DNA of 64,000 bases from a virus: the IMG/VR virus record IMGVR_UViG_3300027987_000509, one strand, 5' to 3'. Every line of letters begins with the position of its first letter. Within the stretch, counting starts at the first letter, position 1. The notes beneath the pieces were generated by a model that was not told the origin of the DNA, did not search any database, and was given only the letters and a program-made list of their open reading frames with translations. Positions 18,301 to 27,179 of this stretch are shown here, piece after piece. The translations under genes were made by a program, and so were the position numbers.

Positions 18301-19235
18301 TCAACGCAAATCGATGCCCGACGAAAGTGCAACAAAGCCTGTCCGAACTCATGGACAAGTTCCCCGGATTCAGTCCGGTGACCGAAGAATTTTCCGATAG
18401 GCCAGAAGCCAAGGCCATGAACAAGGCTGATGGAAGTCCTATTGGTGGTGGCGGAGGTGCGAACAACAAGTCATCGTTCTTGCCGGAATCTGACACCGAC
18501 ACGAAGGATGAAGGCGAAGCATGGCCGCGATCGCATCGCCAGCAGAATTCTCCAGAAGAGACGCCAATCATCAAGGGCACCGAAAAGGGAATGTCAGGCA
18601 CGGGCGGTAATGCAAAGACCGTCAAGGAAAACGTTGCTCGTTTGTCCCGTGTTGTTCGCAAGTGCCTTGCTGAAGGCGTCAAAGGTCTTCAAGGCAAGTT
18701 CGACGTTCGTTTCACTTGCCTCGTCCAAGAAGACGATGGTTCGTTCAATCGAACTCCCGCCAGAATCCGTTTGGCGGAGGCACTCGCAGACGCTGAAGAG
18801 CTTCTACAAATCCATGCGGCTGACCAAGTCGTGTTGGAGAGCTATTTCGGACGAAACGGCCAGTGTTTGCGGAAATACAATATTCCGCTCACTCCCGTCA
18901 AAGTCCGAGGTCCGCTGGTTTCCGGCGATATGGCACTGTTCCGGTTCAACAGATCTGCTGAACAGTACGCCGAAAACTTGGTTTCCGAAGGCATCACTTG
19001 CCGAATCGGAAGTCACAATTGGGGACGAGCGGTTCAAGTGCTTTCTGAGAAGAAAAAGTGGATGCAGGACGTCAAGGCCACCGGCGAATGCACGCCGATG
19101 ACGAAGTCCACCTGCACTGGTCGGAAGAAGGCGTTCGCTAAGAGAGTCCACAAGGGCGGCGACCTCTACCAAGGCGGGAAGAAACACAAGTCCACCGACG
19201 AAGCACGACGACGCCGCAGTCCCGCTATCACCTGA
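15297..19235 (+). CDS. 1312-aa acidic low-complexity protein with zinc-finger modules; probable internal head/core protein
   Basis: Three YEGLEDxDEF repeats, several CxxC clusters, duplicated GKPFxGAAPPFG, many (I/L/V)xE sites (VSEG, LTEG, LEES, IQES, LAEG, LSEK). Confidence 0.8.
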   Translation: MTKELPDMPEVDPDDGDIERHDAHYRLNPSGHKELVIQKKGEQDEETLNELAESLMEMAGDYEGLEDDDEFEDEPEDDYEYCDYCDRFKEEECQNCGRSLCDVHAGEHYDFCGSDEEEDEYEGLEDADEFKEGESSWQAFQPDQERPTRHVVIFYGNQGIPDDEVLVAAGNELGVQLRQVDIEDEPASTWNVPFNLGYFWAEMDSELPYGTTASGHAPNGEWIAVVESPEDEYEGLEDADEFGRRSDDCEYCGGTGEIISSLYEDDVLVSCPQCSDPDDLQEDIAFGGPAPAMSPEQQGYQRDFRPQTPAAYVDTGPVQVSSDHETERAAQESPNNFTSTTAQAADGPEMSRAKSRIRSSTIRGTGSRNKYISGTRGDGLDYGATHSESFTGTAAIAIGTYDVLGNEKNEDTDTSESLMANRNLLNEWEPKFAGGGDYDPGDYQMPSPTGDGVAERKPKKSKVGAYDTATSNQGKEWPRDHNETAAMCDVDDDGVEHKPQGGHESSVGEPKDGHQSELGHNWPDQPKLSGSGVAEPFEGNRWSDGGTLSGGKGADDEHFKAGGPGMPGTGTITGTSGPQNGQPQEGRWSPDAFATLMEGDIDIQALFDAYAADGREAVCVEDFEMLLRAHGCGVQIDEQSLMYLMKENRQFIFYEGVDANGPYWVPTPIAEGKPFPGAAPPFGSKDSDSDDDDDGGSDSDNDDDDDGGGGGKPFKGAAPPFGKKNSNSDSDDDSDDDDSGKPWESRRRRGRVVSEGSGWCDKCKCPASECGCDEEECEEDCVEEGSLRRPFSLTEGRTLSEFQRRSPEEEANLYQSGITDDPTMIPPGLQGPGTISASPLDDIPGDDFEPGLPGEFDMADPLGDEDDFGPGPDFGGPGAFGMHNASTEACPECGYEGPGGEETCPECGAMMGGMGEEDIFGPGGMEPRGGLPSDIDDEDEYFSGGGGYDDLEESKMYSPQIQESLRRFMVSARNIIGRNRGQHVGAIAEALNSSWDYHAGNVNANRCPTKVQQSLSELMDKFPGFSPVTEEFSDRPEAKAMNKADGSPIGGGGGANNKSSFLPESDTDTKDEGEAWPRSHRQQNSPEETPIIKGTEKGMSGTGGNAKTVKENVARLSRVVRKCLAEGVKGLQGKFDVRFTCLVQEDDGSFNRTPARIRLAEALADAEELLQIHAADQVVLESYFGRNGQCLRKYNIPLTPVKVRGPLVSGDMALFRFNRSAEQYAENLVSEGITCRIGSHNWGRAVQVLSEKKKWMQDVKATGECTPMTKSTCTGRKKAFAKRVHKGGDLYQGGKKHKSTDEARRRRSPAIT
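15480..16022 (+). repeat. Three dispersed in-frame 30-bp repeats encoding YEGLED(A/D)DEF
   Basis: Copies at 15480-15509, 15657-15686, 15993-16022. Confidence 0.95.
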
Positions 19236-19270
19236 ACCGACGCGACATCTTCAGGTAAGACTGCACCAAT

Positions 19271-19310
19271 CGACAGAGGCCGTCTTTCAGGGCGGCCTCT
19301 GTCGTATTTA
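19271..19310 (+). terminator. Intrinsic terminator-like hairpin
   Basis: 12-bp perfect stem CGACAGAGGCCG/CGGCCTCTGTCG followed by TATTTA, downstream of the 1312-aa gene. Confidence 0.7.
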
Positions 19311-19316
19311 TAGGAT

Positions 19317-20291
19317 ATGCATGCTACTCTCATCGGATCGCGAGCACTTTGCTATTGGTACGAGGATGCAAGATACCCTCGTGACTGGGATCTGTTTGTA
19401 ACCAGAGAAACCCACGATCAGTGGGTGGAACAAAACAAGCACCTCATAAGAGAAGTCCGCGAGAGCCGCAAAGACAAATTTGTCTTCATTCTAAGCTGCG
19501 GCGTCAAGGTCGAGATTGAGATAGCGGACGAACCGTCTGTGTCGGCATTTATCGAGCTGAACACTAACGGGCCACAAATCAACGTCTTTGGCATCCAAGC
19601 CACCATTGCGTCACCGCATTGCTTGCTGGCTCTAAAACGCAGCCACATTTATTGGCCGCACAATTGGCACAAGCATATCAGGGATTATCACTTCCTGAAG
19701 GATAAGGGAGTGCAGATGGGGTATTTGGTTGAAGATGCCTGCAATATGCGACTCGAGGAGAAAAAGATCGGAAACCCCGACAAAACCATCTTCTCGCTAA
19801 ACGTGTCTAACGAAGAGTTCTTTGATGCCTCCGAAGCTTCTCTTTTGCGTTCCTTTGAGCACGACGACATTCACGCGGCCACGTGTTACTATGACGAGCC
19901 GCTGTACAGGAAAGCCAAGAAAGACGCCACGAAAGCCATGGTCGATCGAGATCTGTTCGAGGCCATGAGCTACGACGATCAATGCAAAATGGTCCGTGAA
20001 GAAGCATTCGTCATCGCCTTAGAGCGACGAATTATCCCGCATTTGATGGAGCCGCAATTACCGGGCGAACCTCTGATCGACAAAGCGGTGATCAGGCACG
20101 GTTTCGATTACGCTATCATGCGAATCTGCACCAGTCTGACCAGAGGCTGGTTTCGGGAATTTGCCATCGAAAACTTCCCGGCGATCTACAAGCATGACAC
20201 TGACTTCGTGAAGAAATTCCTATTGGCCTTGAAACACGGGAAGGTCCGAGAGCGTGCAGTATCCCCTGGCGAAACTGACCGAGAAGGGTGA
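19317..20291 (+). CDS. Nucleotidyltransferase-fold protein of a large-virus family (DUF7275-like)
   Basis: LIGSRAL...PRDWDL fits hGS-x-DhD NTase motif; LKRSHIYW, HDDIH, EEAFVIALER. Confidence 0.55.
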   Translation: MHATLIGSRALCYWYEDARYPRDWDLFVTRETHDQWVEQNKHLIREVRESRKDKFVFILSCGVKVEIEIADEPSVSAFIELNTNGPQINVFGIQATIASPHCLLALKRSHIYWPHNWHKHIRDYHFLKDKGVQMGYLVEDACNMRLEEKKIGNPDKTIFSLNVSNEEFFDASEASLLRSFEHDDIHAATCYYDEPLYRKAKKDATKAMVDRDLFEAMSYDDQCKMVREEAFVIALERRIIPHLMEPQLPGEPLIDKAVIRHGFDYAIMRICTSLTRGWFREFAIENFPAIYKHDTDFVKKFLLALKHGKVRERAVSPGETDREG

Positions 20292-20478
20292 TACAATCTT
20301 CATCCGGCTCTACGATCACCCAGAGATCGACAGGCTGACCAGTCAAGAAATAGCCGAACGATGTCAGAAGTATGAATCGTTCAAAATCGTCATCGAACAA
20401 ACCCACCTTCACATCGTACAATTAGTGCACGATCTAGAGCAAACCGGGTACAAAGTGTCATGGATAAAGCCAGCCTGA
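20254..20478 (+). CDS. Small hypothetical protein
   Basis: 74-aa ORF between coupled genes; start uncertain. Confidence 0.5.
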   Translation: MQYPLAKLTEKGDTIFIRLYDHPEIDRLTSQEIAERCQKYESFKIVIEQTHLHIVQLVHDLEQTGYKVSWIKPA

Positions 20479-21398
20479 CGATCGACCGACATACGCCAAT
20501 CATTCCTGAATCATTATGGTACGGAATGCCGCCGACGCTCGAGAGAGTCTACACCAGGACCAAAAACAAGTTCATCTTACCGACATCTGAAATCGAGCAG
20601 ATCACAAGATGGCGTGGCGTCCAAGGAAACAAGTTCCCAAACGAAGAAAAGCGGGAAATCACCGAGGAGATGCTTCAAAAGGCCGAATTCGCCGTACATG
20701 CCAGTGTCGGAATCCTCAGTGAAGAAACAAAAGCTCACCTGATCAACCGAGGAGTGACACAAGAGGAAATCAGAAACTGGAAAATGTGCGAGACGGCGGA
20801 CCTGCTCGAATTCCTTGACGACCATACTGTCGACAACCTGACGCTCAGGATTCCGGCGAAGTTCAAGAGTATTGTCACGAATACCGAGATCACAGGCATA
20901 TCTATCCCATACTATCGCGACGGTCGCCTGTGCGGATTTGTTACCAGAGTACTCGGCGAAGAATCGCTCAAATATTGTGTCACTGTACCAAATCGGTTAT
21001 GCTTTGGCACAGATTTCAACAAGAACGAGGTCTTTGTTGTTGAAGGTGTATTTGATGCGATAGCGATGAGGGCTGTTGGCAATAACCCTCTTGGGATGGC
21101 TGACTCTCAGCCGAACTTCTACAAGATGTGGGCCGCCAACACGTTCGACGTCGTCAATTTGTTGTTCGATCCAGACTACGCCGGTTGGCTCGGTGCAATC
21201 AAAGCCTACATCATCCTGACTCGGATGTTGAATCGAGACCCCGATTCGATCAATATTCTTGAATTGGATGGAGCCGACCCGGAGCGATTAATTAGGGAAT
21301 CCGGGCAGCTGTTCTCCAGAAAAATTACTTTTGAAGATGCTGTCGCACGTGCGGAAGATCTAGGAAGCCATCTGACTTCGGAAGACATGTTGTTATGA
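20460..21398 (+). CDS. TOPRIM-domain DnaG-like primase-related protein without zinc-binding domain
   Basis: ISIPYY...GFVTR, VFVVEGVFDAIA, LLFDPDYAG. Confidence 0.75.
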   Translation: MDKASLTIDRHTPIIPESLWYGMPPTLERVYTRTKNKFILPTSEIEQITRWRGVQGNKFPNEEKREITEEMLQKAEFAVHASVGILSEETKAHLINRGVTQEEIRNWKMCETADLLEFLDDHTVDNLTLRIPAKFKSIVTNTEITGISIPYYRDGRLCGFVTRVLGEESLKYCVTVPNRLCFGTDFNKNEVFVVEGVFDAIAMRAVGNNPLGMADSQPNFYKMWAANTFDVVNLLFDPDYAGWLGAIKAYIILTRMLNRDPDSINILELDGADPERLIRESGQLFSRKITFEDAVARAEDLGSHLTSEDMLL

Positions 21399-21826
21399 GC
21401 ACGAACTTCGAATCCCGTCTTGGTAAGGTCCTCAGCGAAGACTTCAATATCCAAGAGATGGCGGATCTATCAGGTGGTGCGGTCTCAACCGAGCAGTTCC
21501 TGCATTTTCTGAATGCGATTGTTACCAGTTCGGACCACGCTCGTGCTGAACAGGCCCTGGCACGTGCTGCCCAGATACCGCCAGAGCAGCTCATCGAAGT
21601 GGTAACTAATACGGAATCACTTGGTAATCTCGCTGGCCTGTCTGACTACATCAAGTCGAAGCCATCGCGAATCATGGGGCTGATCGAAATCGCGAGGGTA
21701 TTGTTTACTGGTGTGGAATTGGAAGAGGTCGTTGACCAAATGATCCGCAGCAGTACCGACAACGAAGTGTATGATGCAGAAGGCGACTTCTACTACGACC
21801 AGGGCGAAGACAGCGATGGTCATTAA
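21395..21826 (+). CDS. Acidic hypothetical protein
   Basis: 143-aa ORF; VLSED motif near N-terminus. Confidence 0.65.
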   Translation: MSTNFESRLGKVLSEDFNIQEMADLSGGAVSTEQFLHFLNAIVTSSDHARAEQALARAAQIPPEQLIEVVTNTESLGNLAGLSDYIKSKPSRIMGLIEIARVLFTGVELEEVVDQMIRSSTDNEVYDAEGDFYYDQGEDSDGH

Positions 21827-22553
21827 CCATCGCAGTGAAACTCTTGCACTACTCGAAGATCTTCGCAGCCCGTACGTTAAGCTTGGTATCCATCCAGAAT
21901 GGCGGCCACAATTCCGCCGGATGATCAAACACCCAAGCATTCTCGCCAAACTTGATGAGAAGATGGCTAAGCTCGGCCGCTGGGTCATCTGCTACACCAA
22001 GATCATTCCGGACCAAGAAGAAATACTCAAGCTATGCGGCTATGACGACGCCACAATCTGCATTATCTCGAGCGTCGGCGAACACGGCATGACCCCGTGG
22101 ATGATAATCCACAACGTTGCTCACACGATTGTCTCAAATGAGATGTGGGTCAAGGAAGAAATCAAGAACGTCCTCTGCTTATCACCCACGAACTACCGCA
22201 TCTATTTCAAACAACAGGACTATGTGACGTGTGGATCATCGCGTCACATGTTGATCCCAAACATCAACGAGCTGATCTACGAGCTATTCACAACCTGGAT
22301 GTGGCACGGTGAGACCAAATCGAACACGCCACATCTCAAAGCTTATTGCGATTTCACATTTTCCAGGCTGATCGAACAGTATCGTGGCAAAATGTTCTGG
22401 CACAAGTACCGATGCCCAACAAACTCATCTGACGCGGATATGAATTGGCTGCAGGATATCATCGAGGAAGTGCAGCAAGAAGAAGCACCGCTATGCCCTG
22501 GCGTGCCCGGCTTCACCAAATACCAGATGCAGATGCGGAAAGAAGGCGGTTAG
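21816..22553 (+). CDS. Hypothetical protein
   Basis: ATG 21816 in ORF 21771..22553; WMIIHNVAH. Confidence 0.7.
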   Translation: MVINHRSETLALLEDLRSPYVKLGIHPEWRPQFRRMIKHPSILAKLDEKMAKLGRWVICYTKIIPDQEEILKLCGYDDATICIISSVGEHGMTPWMIIHNVAHTIVSNEMWVKEEIKNVLCLSPTNYRIYFKQQDYVTCGSSRHMLIPNINELIYELFTTWMWHGETKSNTPHLKAYCDFTFSRLIEQYRGKMFWHKYRCPTNSSDADMNWLQDIIEEVQQEEAPLCPGVPGFTKYQMQMRKEGG

Positions 22554-24538
22554 AGAAACTGCTTGATCTTCTCGTGGATCGGACCTGGTACCATGGCATC
22601 AGCTTTTGGATCGGCAAAAAGACTCTTGAAGAAGTCTTTGAGGAACGGCCCGAACCGATCGATGTTGCCTTCGTTGGCATTGGTTATCCATAGTGCATCT
22701 CGATCTTGATTCCAGTGAATCAGTAAGATCGGCTTATAGGACAACACTTCGGTGCCTTTGTGCTTCTCTTTTGAGATAACATAAGCGACTTCTTCTCCGG
22801 CCAGAAGTTGTCCGAGTGTCTCTTCGTCATAATCTTCATCGCCGACGATATCAGATCCGAACAACCTCATCGAAATAGAGGTAACGGTCGGCTCATCGCC
22901 AAGAAGAGCGGCGATCGGGTCGCTTGAATAGTCCTTCCTGAAGATCAACTGCGTTGCCCCAGCGTTCTCATCTCCAGTACGTTCCTGTCGGTTGAGCCTG
23001 TGAAAATATGGGTTCAGGACGTCACCAAACGCCCACAAGTCACCAACCCCGCCGTGCCGCCAAGCAGCTTTCTGCCAGAGTTCGTGCACGAACTCTGGAT
23101 GAGCACGTAACATCTGCAGGAAGTGTGGCTTCAAAATGTCGGCGAACCCGAGTAGATCACCAAGCTCCATGCTAGAAAGTAACTGCATGGTATACTGATG
23201 GTTGGCCTGAGTGTATCTCTGGAAGTATGGCCTCAATTCCCACAGCAGAGTGCCTTTTGATTTTTCGACAGGGTCTTCGTTCTGGTGTTTGTATGGTTTC
23301 TGGTAAAAATCGCCAGCTTTCTTGCTTGTGAAGATCTCTTCGGCGTGCTCTGGATGGCTCTTCAACCATTCGCGATAGAATGGCCTGATGTCCTCAACAA
23401 ATACCTTGAGATTTCCGAGCCTTTTATTGGCAAAGAGACTGTTGGTGAAGTCCGGATCATTGGCCAGCAATCGACGAAGGGCTGGTCTCAGTGCCTCTTC
23501 TGTCCCCTGCTCGACCTCACCGTTCTTTAGGCGGGCGATCGCGATCTTTGGGTTTCGTTCCAGCTCTTGTTGTAGTAACGGCGTAAGAAATTCGCCATAG
23601 ATTCGGCCGAAATCGCCTAGATTAGATCTGCCGAACAGTAGTTCTCTGGCTGGTTCGTCTTGTAAGAATCGCTGGAGAAAATCGAGCCCCTCGTCGAAAG
23701 TCGCGGTTGCACTTTTTGGCGACCCGACTGGCCTGTTGTCAGGGTCTTTGAATTCTCGGCTTGATCCGAAATCGGCCAGGGCGAATCGTTTACCGCCTTT
23801 GACGAGGAGGTATAATTCTCGTCGGCTATTTGGTCCCCAGGCATGTTGGTATTTGACGCACCACGACGTACCAGCCATTGCTGCGTGGCAGGTCTCGCCT
23901 TTGTGCATTGTGGATTCTTCGCCGGGAATCCACGTCGGAATGTGATAGAGCTTCCATGGGCCGTCTTGGAAGACAAGCTCGAGCCCCATTCTTGAGTATT
24001 CATCGCTCTCAACATCACCACTTTCTGTTTGGTAGTCAGCAAGAGTGCGACGGAGAGCGTCGTAACTGTCAAAGTCGTTGACGGATGCGGTTAAGCCGTG
24101 CTGCTTTGCAAGGTTGAATGCAGCTAGAGTTTCGTTGACGATCGGAATGTCTTCTGGGAAGACAAGCGTGTCTGTCGAATTCGGGTCAAGCCACCATTTG
24201 AGAATATTCTTTACGAACGGGGCTTTGACGTTCTTGAGTGGTTTGCCGCGTCGCACGTGATCTTTGTAATATCGTGGATCGGCCTGGAGTGCGAGATCAA
24301 CAGCATTTTCGACGTACTTGTTGAGTTCTTTCTTGCTTTTCGGTGGCGGCCCGATTCCGAGATTGCCGAATACGGCCTCTTCTCCGGCATCTTTCGCCAG
24401 CTCCAGCAAACCGGCGATATAGCCGTACGCGTCATCTACGAGGTGTGGCATCAATTTTTCGATATTCTCAGACAGCACTTCATCGAAGACATCGGGGTCT
24501 TCGGTGATCATCTGAGCTATATCTGAAACCACGATCAT
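22550..24538 (-). CDS. Hypothetical protein, paralog of adjacent gene; probable virion internal protein
   Basis: IAQMITEDPD N-terminus; shared core F.ED...D...Y..L...GT.WCV...LY...F.D. Confidence 0.75.
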   Translation of the reverse strand: MIVVSDIAQMITEDPDVFDEVLSENIEKLMPHLVDDAYGYIAGLLELAKDAGEEAVFGNLGIGPPPKSKKELNKYVENAVDLALQADPRYYKDHVRRGKPLKNVKAPFVKNILKWWLDPNSTDTLVFPEDIPIVNETLAAFNLAKQHGLTASVNDFDSYDALRRTLADYQTESGDVESDEYSRMGLELVFQDGPWKLYHIPTWIPGEESTMHKGETCHAAMAGTSWCVKYQHAWGPNSRRELYLLVKGGKRFALADFGSSREFKDPDNRPVGSPKSATATFDEGLDFLQRFLQDEPARELLFGRSNLGDFGRIYGEFLTPLLQQELERNPKIAIARLKNGEVEQGTEEALRPALRRLLANDPDFTNSLFANKRLGNLKVFVEDIRPFYREWLKSHPEHAEEIFTSKKAGDFYQKPYKHQNEDPVEKSKGTLLWELRPYFQRYTQANHQYTMQLLSSMELGDLLGFADILKPHFLQMLRAHPEFVHELWQKAAWRHGGVGDLWAFGDVLNPYFHRLNRQERTGDENAGATQLIFRKDYSSDPIAALLGDEPTVTSISMRLFGSDIVGDEDYDEETLGQLLAGEEVAYVISKEKHKGTEVLSYKPILLIHWNQDRDALWITNANEGNIDRFGPFLKDFFKSLFADPKADAMVPGPIHEKIKQFL

Positions 24539-25650
24539 GACAATTCCATTCCGCCGATCTGAAGAGCAGCTTGGATCATTTTTCCAACAGCTGGCGGGAG
24601 GGCACTCGCGTCAAATTCACCGTTTGGCCCCATGGCACGAACTTTACCGTGTTTCATGGCGGTACTGATCAATCTCACAAGGTTCTTGATCGCGTTCTCT
24701 CCGAGTTCTTCATGCTTTTCTACGATGAGCTTGGAGAAGAAGAATGCTGAAACGGCTGTCATGAACTTGAAGGGCTTGTCTTCTTCATTCATGAACTCTC
24801 CCCAGCTGACGTCAGCGAGAAGGTAGAAATCGCCGTCCTTGAATGTGGCGTAGAGAGGGCCTCGATTCAGGTATGATTGGGCGGTTGTCGGATTGGCAAC
24901 ACAATAAGCTGTGCCGCAAGCCAGACGTGATAGTGCGACGGCGGTTGGTGTGACTGTTTTGGCCGTGCTTGGATCGACTTCTTCGGCTGCCCAAAGCGGT
25001 ACCCAGGATGTTTCGATCTGTTGACCGTGAGTACCAACGGTCAACTTTTTGGGAACGACTTGGACTCCTTGGGTGATGTCCGGCTGGTAGCTCCCGCTGC
25101 TTCGGTCGAGATAGTTTTCTGCGTCGAATCTGAGGACCGTGAATTTTTCGTCTTTGTAGAAGAGGGTCACCCCTTGGCGTTCGACCCATTTGAACCACGA
25201 GCGAAGGTTGCTTGGTTCGTCTGTTTGCGATAGTTCATTCTGGAACTTCCTGGTAATAGATTCCAGTTCGCGGAAGCTCTTGTACTTGTGAATGTCCTTA
25301 TCACCCTTGAACCGTGTTGTCTTCTTGATCTTGTCGAAGATTGTAAGTGCGTTGCGGAGACGGACGCCATCCTCTGGGAACCGTATTTGAGCAGTGGCGA
25401 TTAGTTTCAAGATCCAGGAGACGTATAATCCCTTCGGCATCTTCTCGGTGCCTGATGGGTCCCATTGTGAGAGATAGCGAGCAATTTCTTCTGGACTCTC
25501 GAGGCCGACTTCGGCTTTGAATTTGCGGAGACCTAGATTATTCTTCTTTTCGAGTTTTGTAATCTGGCCCACGAGTTGTTGGATGCGAGCCTCCAGGTCC
25601 TCTGTGAGAACCAGGGCCACCTCGAGTGCTTCATCGAATTTTATTGGCAT
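24535..25650 (-). CDS. Hypothetical protein, paralog of adjacent gene; probable virion internal protein
   Basis: VLTEDLE N-terminus; DPSG..YVSWI..FPED..KDIHKYKSFREL..GTAYCV..GPLY..EFMNEED. Confidence 0.75.
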   Translation of the reverse strand: MPIKFDEALEVALVLTEDLEARIQQLVGQITKLEKKNNLGLRKFKAEVGLESPEEIARYLSQWDPSGTEKMPKGLYVSWILKLIATAQIRFPEDGVRLRNALTIFDKIKKTTRFKGDKDIHKYKSFRELESITRKFQNELSQTDEPSNLRSWFKWVERQGVTLFYKDEKFTVLRFDAENYLDRSSGSYQPDITQGVQVVPKKLTVGTHGQQIETSWVPLWAAEEVDPSTAKTVTPTAVALSRLACGTAYCVANPTTAQSYLNRGPLYATFKDGDFYLLADVSWGEFMNEEDKPFKFMTAVSAFFFSKLIVEKHEELGENAIKNLVRLISTAMKHGKVRAMGPNGEFDASALPPAVGKMIQAALQIGGMELS

Positions 25651-25666
25651 ACGGCGTCTCCATCTA

Positions 25667-25680
25667 CAACTTATTTTTGA
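25667..25680 (-). promoter_or_regulatory. Late-promoter-like 14-mer TCAAAAATAAGTTG
   Basis: Identical 14-mer at 43472-43485 (+), both upstream of head-protein-like genes. Confidence 0.55.
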
Positions 25681-25682
25681 AT

Positions 25683-26000
25683 ATGTTGCCGGAAACAGTT
25701 AAATCTGAACTCTTTGATGTCCGCCATCACGTGGGCGACATGGCACTGGAGTTTATCTGTAGCAAGATAGAAGAGTTCGGATTCGTCGTAGATGAGCAAG
25801 AGAATCTAGACTTGGCAGTTCGGATCACATTCAAGAACGGTGACGATCATGGCGAACTGCGGATAGATCGCCTGCAGCAAGAGTTCGAAATCTGTGCCGT
25901 CGTAGATGGCGAGACCATATTCCCTATGGTTGGGAATTGGGATTTGGTGCTTCGATTCTTGGCTGTTGCTGTGCAATCAGCAGCTGATTCTCAGTTATGA
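25683..26000 (+). CDS. Hypothetical protein
   Basis: ATG 25683 in ORF 25626..26000. Confidence 0.55.
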   Translation: MLPETVKSELFDVRHHVGDMALEFICSKIEEFGFVVDEQENLDLAVRITFKNGDDHGELRIDRLQQEFEICAVVDGETIFPMVGNWDLVLRFLAVAVQSAADSQL

Positions 26001-26676
26001 TGGGTTGTTGGTTGGCGGCGACCGACCGAACGATTAGATACCCCATCCAAGAAAGCAACGACTGTTCCAGATTGTAGGTCTGGTGAATCCGCTGCAAGCC
26101 GTTGTAGATGACGTCCAACTGGTTTGCATAAGCGTTTTGCGATTGTAGCAGAGTTCTGACCCTCTCTCGTACGGCTCCCATCAGCACGTTGCGTCTCGGT
26201 TCGGTCCTGTGTGTGACTGTTCCAACCGGCGTGACGATTCTCACTGATGATAGGTCTGGTTGAGCCACGACGTCGTGATTGAGACGCAAGTAGACACCCT
26301 CGAGACATTTGAGTTCTTCTAGGGCGTTGAGAAGTAACTTACTGAATGTCGCAATGTAGTCGTCTTCATGGGCTCCTTGGACTTTTCTTTGCAGCCATTC
26401 AGTCATGCATGCTTCGAGGACGGCGTCTACGTCGAAGCCGGGCCACCATTTGGTTCTTGAAAGCTGCAAGATACTCGCTGCCTCGATTGGGTACAGCTCA
26501 TTGCAGTGTCGCATTCCTTCGAGAACGACCGGATGTTCTTGAAGAGCGAGATTGATGTGCATCATCGCTCGTTCGTAGTCGGATTTCGTGAATTTTTGGC
26601 GTCTCGATGTTGATCCGGATGCTGTCGCCCAGTAGTTGCGATCGATCGGTACGTACTTAGTATCGAATTCATTCAC
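25924..26676 (-). CDS. Hypothetical protein
   Basis: 250-aa ORF with AGGAG RBS. Confidence 0.7.
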   Translation of the reverse strand: MNEFDTKYVPIDRNYWATASGSTSRRQKFTKSDYERAMMHINLALQEHPVVLEGMRHCNELYPIEAASILQLSRTKWWPGFDVDAVLEACMTEWLQRKVQGAHEDDYIATFSKLLLNALEELKCLEGVYLRLNHDVVAQPDLSSVRIVTPVGTVTHRTEPRRNVLMGAVRERVRTLLQSQNAYANQLDVIYNGLQRIHQTYNLEQSLLSWMGYLIVRSVAANQQPIITENQLLIAQQQPRIEAPNPNSQP

Positions 26677-26705
26677 GTGAAACTCCTTTCTGGAATTTAT
26701 ATATC

Positions 26706-27179
26706 ATGGGAGATTACGCCAAGATCGGTGACAAGATCGAAGAACCGAGACCGTCCGTATTTGAGCTTGTAATCGAGGACCACGTTCCATTTGTCAACCC
26801 GGCCGATTTCGGTCTAACCGATATTCAGGGCATCAATCCAGCCGATTACTACATCACCAGCGGCGACGCGGTTGAAAAGGCAAAAGTCCTCGAGAAGGAA
26901 CTCTGGAAATACGCCGGGGACCTAAGAAGAAGGTCCTATGAAATCGTCGCTGAGGAAAATGCCTGCACACCTCTTGAAGCACAAGCCCTGTTCAGGGCCG
27001 GGACACGTCCGCAAGCCCCATCTGGCTTCTCCGAATACGAAGCCGCTGTGTGGAAGGCAGCTGGCTCTGCTCGTAAGATGCGGAACGCTCTTGAAAAAGC
27101 CAAAGGTGTTGATTGCTTCCTTGAGACGGAATGGGACAATCATCAACTACTCTGTATACCAAAGAATCCGAGGAAATAA
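26706..27179 (+). CDS. Hypothetical protein
   Basis: 157-aa ORF coupled to tmk. Confidence 0.7.
   Translation: MGDYAKIGDKIEEPRPSVFELVIEDHVPFVNPADFGLTDIQGINPADYYITSGDAVEKAKVLEKELWKYAGDLRRRSYEIVAEENACTPLEAQALFRAGTRPQAPSGFSEYEAAVWKAAGSARKMRNALEKAKGVDCFLETEWDNHQLLCIPKNPRK

Noticed and set aside
19305-19312. Perfect T4 late promoter TATAAATA on the minus strand
   Set aside because: It points into a terminator and antisense to the 1312-aa gene; more simply the terminator tail or the GTATTTA motif.
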